Source of the DNA: an uncultured Anaerolineales bacterium
GTDB lineage: Bacteria; Chloroflexota; Anaerolineae; Anaerolineales; UBA11858
DNA: 64,000 nucleotides
Assembly: GCA_964438295.1 (NCBI GenBank)
Contig: CAYTKR010000006.1
Location: 5,469-69,468, forward strand
Direction of reading: 5' to 3'
Each line of letters opens with the position of its first letter. Position 1 is the stretch's first letter. The translations under genes were made by a program, and so were the position numbers. Positions 36,710-44,838 of the stretch are shown piece after piece. The notes beneath the pieces are model-generated. The model had not been told where the DNA came from and did not search any database. It was given only the letters and a program-made list of their open reading frames with translations.

Positions 36710-38650
36710 ATGCCTGAGAGCTTTTTCTCAAAATTAAAAGACCAGGCGTCTGGCCATACACCCATCAAAATTGGCGTTATCACCACCCAAACAGGTCCGT
36801 TGGATTATTATGGCACCATGCAGGTCCGTGGCCTGAAATTGGGGATCGAATATGCGACTGAAGGATCAGGGATAGTTTCAGGGCGATCTATCAAGTTGAT
36901 TATCGAGGATGATGCCGGCGACGCAGCAACAGGTGGCCGCAAGGCGCGCGAATTAATTCGACAACAGGGTGTCGACATACTCCAAGGTGGAGTATCGAGT
37001 GCCACCGCAATCATCTTGACGAGAGTCGCTGAGGAATATGGTCGCATCCTGCTGGTAGAACCGGCTGCTGCCGACAGCATTACGGGCGAAAACTGGAACA
37101 AGTTTGTTTTTCGTACGGCCGCCAGCGTCAGTCAAGATGCCGTCGCAGGAGGCCAATATGCAGTCGAAAACCTGGGCAAGACTTTCTGCTACATTGCTCC
37201 CGACTACGCCTTTGGGCATCAGAGCACAGCTGCCTGGCGCAAAATCATCGAACAGCATGGTGGAAAGGCTCTCATAGAAGTCTACCCTCCTGCAGATACA
37301 ACCGATTTCACTCCCTATCTACAAGAACTCTTGGAGAGCGGTGCTGATGTTTTGGTACAATCATGGGCAGGGGCTGGATACGGTGAGCTCTTCAGCCAGA
37401 TGCGCGATCTGGGGGTCTTCGAGAATATGAAGGTCACCGGCGGGTTGGGTGATCGTGAAGCCCGTCACACCTTAGGAACTGACGCCGTTGGGATGGTCGG
37501 TATTTGCAAGTACTCGTATGTGCTTCCAGACAATCCCATCAACAACTGGCTGACGGATAAACATATCGAAGAATACGGAGAAGCGCCTGACCTCTTTACT
37601 GGTGGCGGTTTCTCTGCGGGCGTCGCCCTGGTAGAAGCGCTAAAGCGCACTGCTGGCAACCCCAAACCCGAAGCCATGATACCCGTTATGGAAGGGATGA
37701 GCTTCGAAGGCCCAAAAGGCACGTATAGTTTCAGGAGGGAAGACCATCAGGCTTTACAGCCGATGTACGTGGTCGAGATGGTCAAAGACCCTGACAATCC
37801 CTGGGCTGTCCCGAAGCTGATCCAAGAGATACATTCACAGGAGACGGCACCGCCGTTATTAGAATTGATCTTCGAAGCAGACGACAACATAGTAGAAACC
37901 AAACAATTACGCAAAGAGTTTGGAGCATTGGTGGCAGTTGCCAATGTCAACATCAAAGTGCAACCTAACACAATCCACTCGATTATTGGGCCAAACGGCG
38001 CTGGTAAGACAACTTTCTTCAACCTGTTATCAGGAAACTTGCCACCCAGCCAGGGACGAGTATTCTATAAGGGTCGCGATATCACCCACCTCCCCCTCCA
38101 CCGCACAGCCCACCTGGGGATTGGGCGATCCTTCCAAATCACAAATATTTTCCCCAGCCTGACAGTTCTAGAAAACATCCGGCTTGCCTGCCAAGCGCTA
38201 GGACGCGGCAACTTCCGCTTTATGCGCTCCCATAAACACTTCAAAGAGTTCGAAGAACGTTCTTGGGAAGTGATCCGCCAAGTGGGACTAGAAAAAGAAG
38301 CCTTGCTGCCAGCGCGCACTTTGCCCCATGGTGGGCAACGAAAGCTGGAATTGGGCATCATCTTAGCTGCGGACCCCGAGGTACTCTTGCTCGATGAGCC
38401 TACTGCAGGCATGGCAGCCGAACAGGTTCCGGAATTGATCGAGTTGATCCGCGAGGTTCAAAGAGCTGGACAGAAAACCGTTATGCTGGTCGAGCACAAC
38501 ATGAACGTCGTGATGAGCATCTCCGACTACATCACAGTGATGCACCAGGGTCAGGTGCTTGCGGAAGGAACTCCAGCGGAAATCGCTACCAACGAGGTCG
38601 TACAGAGCGCTTACCTGGGTCAATTGTACGGCGATCTCCAGGTGAGTTAG
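36710..38650 (+). CDS. Fusion protein: signal-less LIV-type binding-protein paralog (N, ~400 aa) + LivG-type ABC ATPase (C, ~245 aa)
   Basis: One uninterrupted frame. The N-part is colinear with the 35239 protein (IKIGVITTQTGPLDYYG..., DTTDFTPYLQELLESGADV, MEGMSFEGPKGTYSFRREDHQALQPMYVV) but starts MPESFFSKLKDQASG with no hydrophobic leader. The C-part has GPNGAGKTT, the Q-loop, LPHGGQRKLELG and LLLDEP. AGGAGG precedes ATG 36710. Confidence 0.8.
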   Translation: MPESFFSKLKDQASGHTPIKIGVITTQTGPLDYYGTMQVRGLKLGIEYATEGSGIVSGRSIKLIIEDDAGDAATGGRKARELIRQQGVDILQGGVSSATAIILTRVAEEYGRILLVEPAAADSITGENWNKFVFRTAASVSQDAVAGGQYAVENLGKTFCYIAPDYAFGHQSTAAWRKIIEQHGGKALIEVYPPADTTDFTPYLQELLESGADVLVQSWAGAGYGELFSQMRDLGVFENMKVTGGLGDREARHTLGTDAVGMVGICKYSYVLPDNPINNWLTDKHIEEYGEAPDLFTGGGFSAGVALVEALKRTAGNPKPEAMIPVMEGMSFEGPKGTYSFRREDHQALQPMYVVEMVKDPDNPWAVPKLIQEIHSQETAPPLLELIFEADDNIVETKQLRKEFGALVAVANVNIKVQPNTIHSIIGPNGAGKTTFFNLLSGNLPPSQGRVFYKGRDITHLPLHRTAHLGIGRSFQITNIFPSLTVLENIRLACQALGRGNFRFMRSHKHFKEFEERSWEVIRQVGLEKEALLPARTLPHGGQRKLELGIILAADPEVLLLDEPTAGMAAEQVPELIELIREVQRAGQKTVMLVEHNMNVVMSISDYITVMHQGQVLAEGTPAEIATNEVVQSAYLGQLYGDLQVS

Positions 38651-38655
38651 GAGGC

Positions 38656-39372
38656 ATGGACATGGAAAACAACTCCCTCCTTAAAGTCAACGACATTCAC
38701 ACCTTCATTGGTCAGTTCCATATCTTACAGGGTGTCACCGTCGAGGTACCTAAAGGAAAAATTGTAGCCCTACTTGGCCGGAACGGCGCTGGCAAAACTA
38801 CGACGCTCAAATCGGTATTGGGATTGACGCCCCCGAATAAAGGTCAGATCATCCTCGCTGGCGATGAGATCCAGGGACGGCGCAGCTACGACATCGCCGA
38901 TATGGGCATCGGTTTTGTCCCCGAACACCGCGCAATATTCCGAGATTTGAGCGTACTGGAAAATTTGCGCATCGCCGAACGCAAGAAGGGTGACCTGGAG
39001 AAGAAAGAGGAGTTCATCTTCTCTTTGTTCCCAGACTTGAAACGCTTGATCAAGCTGCCTGGAACGAATCTCTCGGGTGGGCAGCAGCAAATGCTGGCAG
39101 TGGCCCGTGCGCTGGTGCCTGAAAATAAACTGCTCCTGATCGATGAGCCCAGCGAAGGGCTAGCCCCAGTGATTATCGAACAGATGATGGATGCAATCCG
39201 CCAACTTTCCGCAGAAACGACCGTATTGCTCGTAGAGCAGAACTTCATAGTCGCCAGTCAGCTAGCGGAAAGCTATGTGATCATCGAAGAGGGCCACTCC
39301 GTAAAATCAGGCAAAATGGCTGATTTGGTTGATGACCCCGAAACCATCCGTCGCTACCTCGAAGCTGCTTAG
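38656..39372 (+). CDS. LivF-type ABC transporter ATP-binding protein
   Basis: GRNGAGKTT, LSGGQQQMLAVARAL, LLIDEP, and the GFVPEHRAIF block typical of LivF. Confidence 0.85.
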   Translation: MDMENNSLLKVNDIHTFIGQFHILQGVTVEVPKGKIVALLGRNGAGKTTTLKSVLGLTPPNKGQIILAGDEIQGRRSYDIADMGIGFVPEHRAIFRDLSVLENLRIAERKKGDLEKKEEFIFSLFPDLKRLIKLPGTNLSGGQQQMLAVARALVPENKLLLIDEPSEGLAPVIIEQMMDAIRQLSAETTVLLVEQNFIVASQLAESYVIIEEGHSVKSGKMADLVDDPETIRRYLEAA

Positions 39373-39397
39373 CAGCATAAAGGAGAAGGATAATTCT

Positions 39398-41002
39398 ATG
39401 AATTCACTCTTGACGTCCTTCCGAAGAAATCGCACATTCTGGATCACTCTACTCGTCCTGATCGTCATCTTTGCGTTTGCCGTCCGGGGCATGGTAAATG
39501 AAGATGCCGAAGGCGGAGAGCGATATAAGAATGTCGTCATTACACTATTGAGAGGCTTTTCGACAGGCTCGATCATATTCCTGGTTGCATCAGGATTCTC
39601 GATCATCTTTGGGCTGATGAGCGTACTCAACATGGCTCACGGAGCTTTGTTCATGATCGGGGCTTACGTGGGCTGGACAGTCGCCGTTCGCCCAGATACC
39701 GCTGTAGACGCGATTACGCCGATCGCATTATTAATCTCAGGATTCTTGTTGTCACCTGTTTGGGATCAAATCCTTAACAAGCTGAAATTCTCACCTGGAA
39801 TCAAAAGATTATGGCCTTGGCTGGGACTGATATTGGCATTACTTGTTTTGGCCTTCACCCTTCCTAAATATCCCATCACCAATTGGGATGTAGGATCTTA
39901 CGAGATCAGCCCGGTCAACTATGCCTTTGCGGCGAGCCAGGGGCAGGTGGTTGTGCCTGAACCCAAACAGTTCGAGGGGATCTCGCCCTTGCTCGGAGTG
40001 GGCGGAATTCTAATTGGCAGTATATTGGCTGGCATAACCGTTACGGGATTTGCGGCAAATCGCCGCCCCGCAACGGCTGGAGCCGCGCCAGAACAAGGAT
40101 CCATCAGGAAATCGATAATCAATTTTGTCATTGTCGCTTTGCTGGGTCTGCTGATTTACATCTTCAACACACCCATTTCTAATTTCTTGTTTACTCTAGA
40201 TAGCACTTGGCTATTTATCTTAGCCATTTTAGTGGCAGTCGCCACAGGCGCAGGCTTGGGGGTTTTGATCGAATCGACGCTGATCCGGCCAATCTATGAG
40301 TCCCACATATATGTGCTGATGCTCACCTTGGGCGTAAATGCCATCATCATCGAATTGGTGCGCACCATTTGGGGCGCCCCTGAATTCACTATGCACCGGC
40401 CCTCCATCTTTGCAGGAACCGGCGAAGGCTGCCCGGCAGAGAGTTTAGGAGCCTTGCTGGAATACAAGTGCTCGACCATACGCGTATTGGGCGGTAGGGT
40501 GCGAACCTACAACGAGATCTTCATTACAGTCTTAGGCTTTGTTGTCCTGATTGCCGTATGGCTGCTGCTACAGCGCACGCGCCTGGGCATGATCGTGAGA
40601 GCTGGCGTGCAAGATAGTGAAATGGTCGAGGCCTTGGGGATCAACGTCCAGAGGATCTTTACGATTGTTTTCGCTTTAGGCGTTGGACTGGCTGCTTTAG
40701 GAGGAGTGATCGGCGCACCATCCACCGGGCTAACAACTACCTTGGGAGACAGTCTTTTGATCAATATACTAGTGGCCTTGGCGATCGGTGGTCTCACCAG
40801 TTATCCTGGTGCGGCTGCAGGCGCGTTGATCGTAGGACTCTTGCAACAATTCATCATCAAATATGGGCAAATCGGCATCAACATTCCCTTCATGGAAGAG
40901 CCTTTCAAGCCCTCTCCCCCCCTCGTGCCAGCCATGACTGTACTGCTGATGGTCATCATACTGATGGTCATGCCACAGGGTTTGTTTGGCAGGAAGGAGT
41001 GA
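39398..41002 (+). CDS. LivH-type branched-chain-amino-acid-family ABC permease with a large internal insertion
   Basis: Conserved blocks NMAHGALFMIGAYVGW and RTRLGMIVRAGVQDSEMVEALGINV are about 310 aa apart. The protein is 534 aa, whereas LivH permeases are usually about 300 aa. Confidence 0.75.
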   Translation: MNSLLTSFRRNRTFWITLLVLIVIFAFAVRGMVNEDAEGGERYKNVVITLLRGFSTGSIIFLVASGFSIIFGLMSVLNMAHGALFMIGAYVGWTVAVRPDTAVDAITPIALLISGFLLSPVWDQILNKLKFSPGIKRLWPWLGLILALLVLAFTLPKYPITNWDVGSYEISPVNYAFAASQGQVVVPEPKQFEGISPLLGVGGILIGSILAGITVTGFAANRRPATAGAAPEQGSIRKSIINFVIVALLGLLIYIFNTPISNFLFTLDSTWLFILAILVAVATGAGLGVLIESTLIRPIYESHIYVLMLTLGVNAIIIELVRTIWGAPEFTMHRPSIFAGTGEGCPAESLGALLEYKCSTIRVLGGRVRTYNEIFITVLGFVVLIAVWLLLQRTRLGMIVRAGVQDSEMVEALGINVQRIFTIVFALGVGLAALGGVIGAPSTGLTTTLGDSLLINILVALAIGGLTSYPGAAAGALIVGLLQQFIIKYGQIGINIPFMEEPFKPSPPLVPAMTVLLMVIILMVMPQGLFGRKE

Positions 41003-41005
41003 TCC

Positions 41006-42070
41006 ATGGAAACAACCCGTCAAAACTCCTTTGCGAATATCTTGAGATCAAACCGGGGTGTGATTATCACCATCCTGTTGTTGATGGCACTCCCCTTCAT
41101 TATCGCTCTGGCCAACGGGCAACCCTTCAGCAGCCTGCTAGCCAATGAGCCCGGCCAATCGAAGTTCTATCAGGGACTTGTGATTGAGATCTTCATTTTG
41201 GCAATCTATGCCCTGAGCTATGACTTGCTCTTGGGGATCACCGGACTGCTCTCTTTCGGCCACGCCATGTTCTTTGGGGTGGGCGCCTACCTGACTGGCA
41301 TCATGCTAAAAAGCTTTGGCTGGTCCTTGCTGCCAATTTTAGGATTGGTCGCTGTCGCAGGCGTGATAATGGCGTTGATCTTCAGCATTGTCTTGCCGCG
41401 CGTCAGAGGGATCACCTTTGCCCTGGTGACCCTGGGCATCGCCCAGGTTTTTTACATCGTGATCCAATCACGTGAATTAGTGGACTACGCCGGCGCTGAA
41501 ATCGGCTTGCAAGGAGTCACACCCCCGGACTTCATCAACCCCATATCCCAGCGCCTTCGTTTCTACTACATTGGGTTGATTGCCGTTTTTGTGGTGTACT
41601 TCATCTTCAAGCGCTTCGTGGACTCACCCACAGGGCACGTTTGCGTTGCCATCCGGGAGAATGAAGACCGTGCCACCATGCTAGGCTACAACACCTTCTA
41701 CTTCAAGTTGGTGGCGCTGATCCTTTCTGGGATCGTGGCTGCGCTGGCTGGCGCCATGCATGGCCTTTTCAGTCCCATTATCCGGCCTGGAATCGCTAGC
41801 TCCCATTACACCATCGCTGTCCTACTAATGATCCTGATGGGCGGCATCGGCACATTGGATGGCGCGCTTATCGGCGCAGCCACTTTCCGACTGCTCTCCT
41901 TCTGGCTGGAAAAGTGGTTCGGAGGCGCCTCGCAAGTAATCATCGGGGTGGTGTATATCTTGTTGGTGCTCTTCCTGCCCTATGGAATTGTGGGAACCTG
42001 GAAACTACGTGGATACAAGCTTAAACAAGGCTGGGCTGATCTGATCGTAAGATTTACCCAGCAAAATTAA
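41006..42070 (+). CDS. LivM-type ABC permease
   Basis: GLLSFGHAMFFGVGAY, VAIRENEDRATMLGYN, GGIGTLDGALIGA. Confidence 0.85.
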   Translation: METTRQNSFANILRSNRGVIITILLLMALPFIIALANGQPFSSLLANEPGQSKFYQGLVIEIFILAIYALSYDLLLGITGLLSFGHAMFFGVGAYLTGIMLKSFGWSLLPILGLVAVAGVIMALIFSIVLPRVRGITFALVTLGIAQVFYIVIQSRELVDYAGAEIGLQGVTPPDFINPISQRLRFYYIGLIAVFVVYFIFKRFVDSPTGHVCVAIRENEDRATMLGYNTFYFKLVALILSGIVAALAGAMHGLFSPIIRPGIASSHYTIAVLLMILMGGIGTLDGALIGAATFRLLSFWLEKWFGGASQVIIGVVYILLVLFLPYGIVGTWKLRGYKLKQGWADLIVRFTQQN

Positions 42071-42093
42071 CCCAATTTTGGGAAATTGAGATT

Positions 42094-42137
42094 AACAGGA
42101 GCGTTGGCGCTTTGCGCTAACGCTCCTGTTATTTCTT
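42094..42137 (+). terminator. Intrinsic terminator ending the ABC transporter operon
   Basis: aacaggagcgttggcgc-ttt-gcgctaacgctcctgtt followed by atttctt. Confidence 0.75.
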
Positions 42138-42186
42138 AATATTTTTGGTAGAATCAAGCTCCCAAATTTCGTCGTGAGGTATAGAT

Positions 42187-43527
42187 ATGAGCAAAATTTC
42201 CCATGTCATCAAACGCAGTGGAACCCTGGTCCCCTTCGTGCCCGAACGGATCACAAACGCCATTTATCGTGCTGCGGTATCGGTTGGCGGCAGGGACAAA
42301 AAGATTGCCGAAAACCTGGGCAGGGAAGTTGTTAAGCTGCTCGAAGCCAATTGCCAACCCGGCCAACATCCTCACATTGAGGAGATCCAAGACCTGGTAG
42401 AAAAAATTCTCATCGAAAATGGGCACGCCAAAGTTGCCAAGCATTATATCCTCTACCGTGATGAGCGTGCCCGCCGGCGCGCCGAAAGCGCCGACCGCCG
42501 CTCGAAGCCTTCAGGGAACATCCCCTGGGCCAAGATCTGGTATGTGTTGAATTGGGCGGCCGACCACAAAGTCAATACCATCGAAAATCTAAACAACCGC
42601 ATTGCATCTGATGAATTCCCCGCCGTCGTCAATGAATCTGAAATCGCTTACCTGGTAGATGTTGAGAATGCAACCGAGCAAGTCGCCGGGCGAGGCGAGG
42701 AAGTAAGGATGGTGGTGATTACCGGTCCCTCATCCTCGGGCAAAACAACGACCACGATCAAGCTCTCCCATGGCCTGGAGAAACGAGGCTATAACCTGGT
42801 TACGCTGAACGTGGATAATTATTTCTTCAACCTGGAGATGCATCCCAAAGACGAATTTGGGGATTACGATTTCGAGACTCCCCAAGCGCTCGACCTACCA
42901 TTGATCAACGAGCACCTTGAGAAGCTCATAGCCGGCGAAGAGGTAATGATTCCATTCTATGATTTCAAAACGGGGCAGCGTCATGATGCGGTCACTCCCA
43001 TGAAACTTGCTCCGAAAGAAATCATTTTGATCGATAGCCTGCATGGGCTCTTCCCCGATATGACCCAAGCCATCCCATCGGAGCAGAAATTCTTCCTTTA
43101 CCTGGAACCTCTGCTCCAGATGAAAGACCGCAACGGAGATTATGTCCGCTGGACAGATATCAGGCTAATCCGACGCATGCTACGGGATGCCGCGCATAGG
43201 GCGTATGACCCCAGGAAAACTTTACTGCACTGGCATTATGTTCGCGCTAGCGAGATGCGCAACATCATCCCTTATATCAACACCGCCGACTACCTCATCA
43301 ACACCGGAATGCCTTATGAGTTACCGCTCTATTGCCATAAACTGCTGGATAGTTTTTCGGAATGGACGCGCGAACTTCAGGGTGATCCCCTGCGAGAGGA
43401 CGCGCTTAGGCGCGCCGAACGCGTCTATGAGGTATTATGCCAAGTTACCCCCGTTGCGGATGATTCTGCTGTTCCGGTCGATTCTGTGCTGCGAGAATTT
43501 ATTGGCGGCAGCGTGTATGAGTATTAA
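42187..43527 (+). CDS. ATP-cone domain fused to a uridine-kinase/PRK-like P-loop kinase
   Basis: The N-terminal ~95 aa match the ATP-cone pattern (VIKRSGTLVPFVPERITNAIYRA...HIEEIQDLVEKILIENGHAKVAKHYILYRDER). Then come P-loop ITGPSSSGKTTT and IDSLHGL. Confidence 0.7.
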   Translation: MSKISHVIKRSGTLVPFVPERITNAIYRAAVSVGGRDKKIAENLGREVVKLLEANCQPGQHPHIEEIQDLVEKILIENGHAKVAKHYILYRDERARRRAESADRRSKPSGNIPWAKIWYVLNWAADHKVNTIENLNNRIASDEFPAVVNESEIAYLVDVENATEQVAGRGEEVRMVVITGPSSSGKTTTTIKLSHGLEKRGYNLVTLNVDNYFFNLEMHPKDEFGDYDFETPQALDLPLINEHLEKLIAGEEVMIPFYDFKTGQRHDAVTPMKLAPKEIILIDSLHGLFPDMTQAIPSEQKFFLYLEPLLQMKDRNGDYVRWTDIRLIRRMLRDAAHRAYDPRKTLLHWHYVRASEMRNIIPYINTADYLINTGMPYELPLYCHKLLDSFSEWTRELQGDPLREDALRRAERVYEVLCQVTPVADDSAVPVDSVLREFIGGSVYEY

Positions 43528-43569
43528 TTCAAGGAGTTACGCACTTGAAGCGGATTGGGCTGGGAATAG

Positions 43570-43622
43570 GGGGTGGGGGCTACGCGCCTACCCCCTATTC
43601 CCAGCCATTTTTACTCTACTTT
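43570..43622 (+). terminator. Intrinsic terminator for the plus-strand kinase gene, overlapping the 3-prime end of the convergent MFS gene
   Basis: Perfect 15-bp stem ctgggaatagggggt (43570-43584) / accccctattcccag (43600-43614) followed by ccattttta. The right arm encodes the last codons (AGNRG*) of the minus-strand gene. Confidence 0.65.
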
Positions 43623-44811
43623 GATACATGGCAAATGCCCCTAGCACTACCAATAATAAAGCACTCATTTGGTAAATCTCTCCAAGCGAAATCAATTCCC
43701 GATTTAATAATCCGAGCGCCACGATTGGTCCTAACATTGCACCTAGATCCCCAAAGGTATTTGTAATCCCTAAGGAGCGACCGCGAGCTTGCTCGGACAC
43801 GCGATCCCCGATAATGGCAGGAATTAGAGTCTCTACGCCACCCCCAATGACGGGGACAAGCATGGCTCCCAGGAGGGCGACAGGGATTATCCTGGCACTC
43901 ATAAGCGCGATGCCAACCCCACCAGCGATTGCAGTTAGCGCCACAACCGGCCAGCGCCGGCCGGTGCGGTCAGAGAAAAAACCCACCGCAGGGGCACTGA
44001 TGATACTGGTCGACATCGTTAGTGCGGTATAAATCCCGGTTAAGGTGGCGATGGGGACGTGGACCCCAGCAATGTGCACGCCATCTCCAAACAGACTGGA
44101 TAACCAAAGGATGGCTGTGGCAGCCAGCACTCCCCAGGCGATGAAGCGCGCCAGGAAGGTGGGCAGCGAGGCTGTCAAAACGGTCTGCCAGGGGATTTGA
44201 GTGCGGTTGTCGCTCGAAGAATCCAGGGGGTCTGGATTCTGATCAGCAGGACGAGTCTCTGGAAACAGGAAAACCCACAACATGGCAGCCAACCCAATCA
44301 GCAGCGCGCTGATCCACTGCCCATTGCGGAATCCAAACAGATCAGTCATCAGTCCGCCCAAAAGCGCGGTCGAGGCAACCCCTACAAAGAACCACATCTG
44401 GAATTTGCCACTTAATCGGCCACGATCGTCAGGCGTGGAAATATCGAGCACAACGGCATTTCCACCTATCCACAAGAGTGACCACGCCAGGCCCCATAAG
44501 GCACGTCCAGCAAAAAGCGGCCAAAACCCTGTGCCAATTGCATAGATCATACTCGAAATAGCTCCGATCCCTAAAGATGTAATCATCAGCGGGCGACGTG
44601 GCATTCGATCGTACAAAAGACCAACCGGACCGTTCAGCAACAAGCGCACTCCCCGGTTTACGCCTAGAAGCACGCCAACCATGGCTAAGCTCACGCCAAC
44701 CTGGGAGGCGACTGAAGGATGAGGAAGAACAGTGTAAAGGGTCGAATCGCCTAAGAGAGAAATGGCGGTACCGATACCCAACAAGGTGATAATACGATTT
44801 GGATTCATCAA
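43588..44811 (-). CDS. MFS transporter
   Basis: 407 aa with about 12 TM helices. The loop 2-3 motif YDRMPRRPL is MFS-like. Confidence 0.8.
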   Translation of the reverse strand: MMNPNRIITLLGIGTAISLLGDSTLYTVLPHPSVASQVGVSLAMVGVLLGVNRGVRLLLNGPVGLLYDRMPRRPLMITSLGIGAISSMIYAIGTGFWPLFAGRALWGLAWSLLWIGGNAVVLDISTPDDRGRLSGKFQMWFFVGVASTALLGGLMTDLFGFRNGQWISALLIGLAAMLWVFLFPETRPADQNPDPLDSSSDNRTQIPWQTVLTASLPTFLARFIAWGVLAATAILWLSSLFGDGVHIAGVHVPIATLTGIYTALTMSTSIISAPAVGFFSDRTGRRWPVVALTAIAGGVGIALMSARIIPVALLGAMLVPVIGGGVETLIPAIIGDRVSEQARGRSLGITNTFGDLGAMLGPIVALGLLNRELISLGEIYQMSALLLVVLGAFAMYQSRVKMAGNRG

Positions 44812-44838
44812 TTGTAAGTGGTGTGAGCAGCAGCCAGG

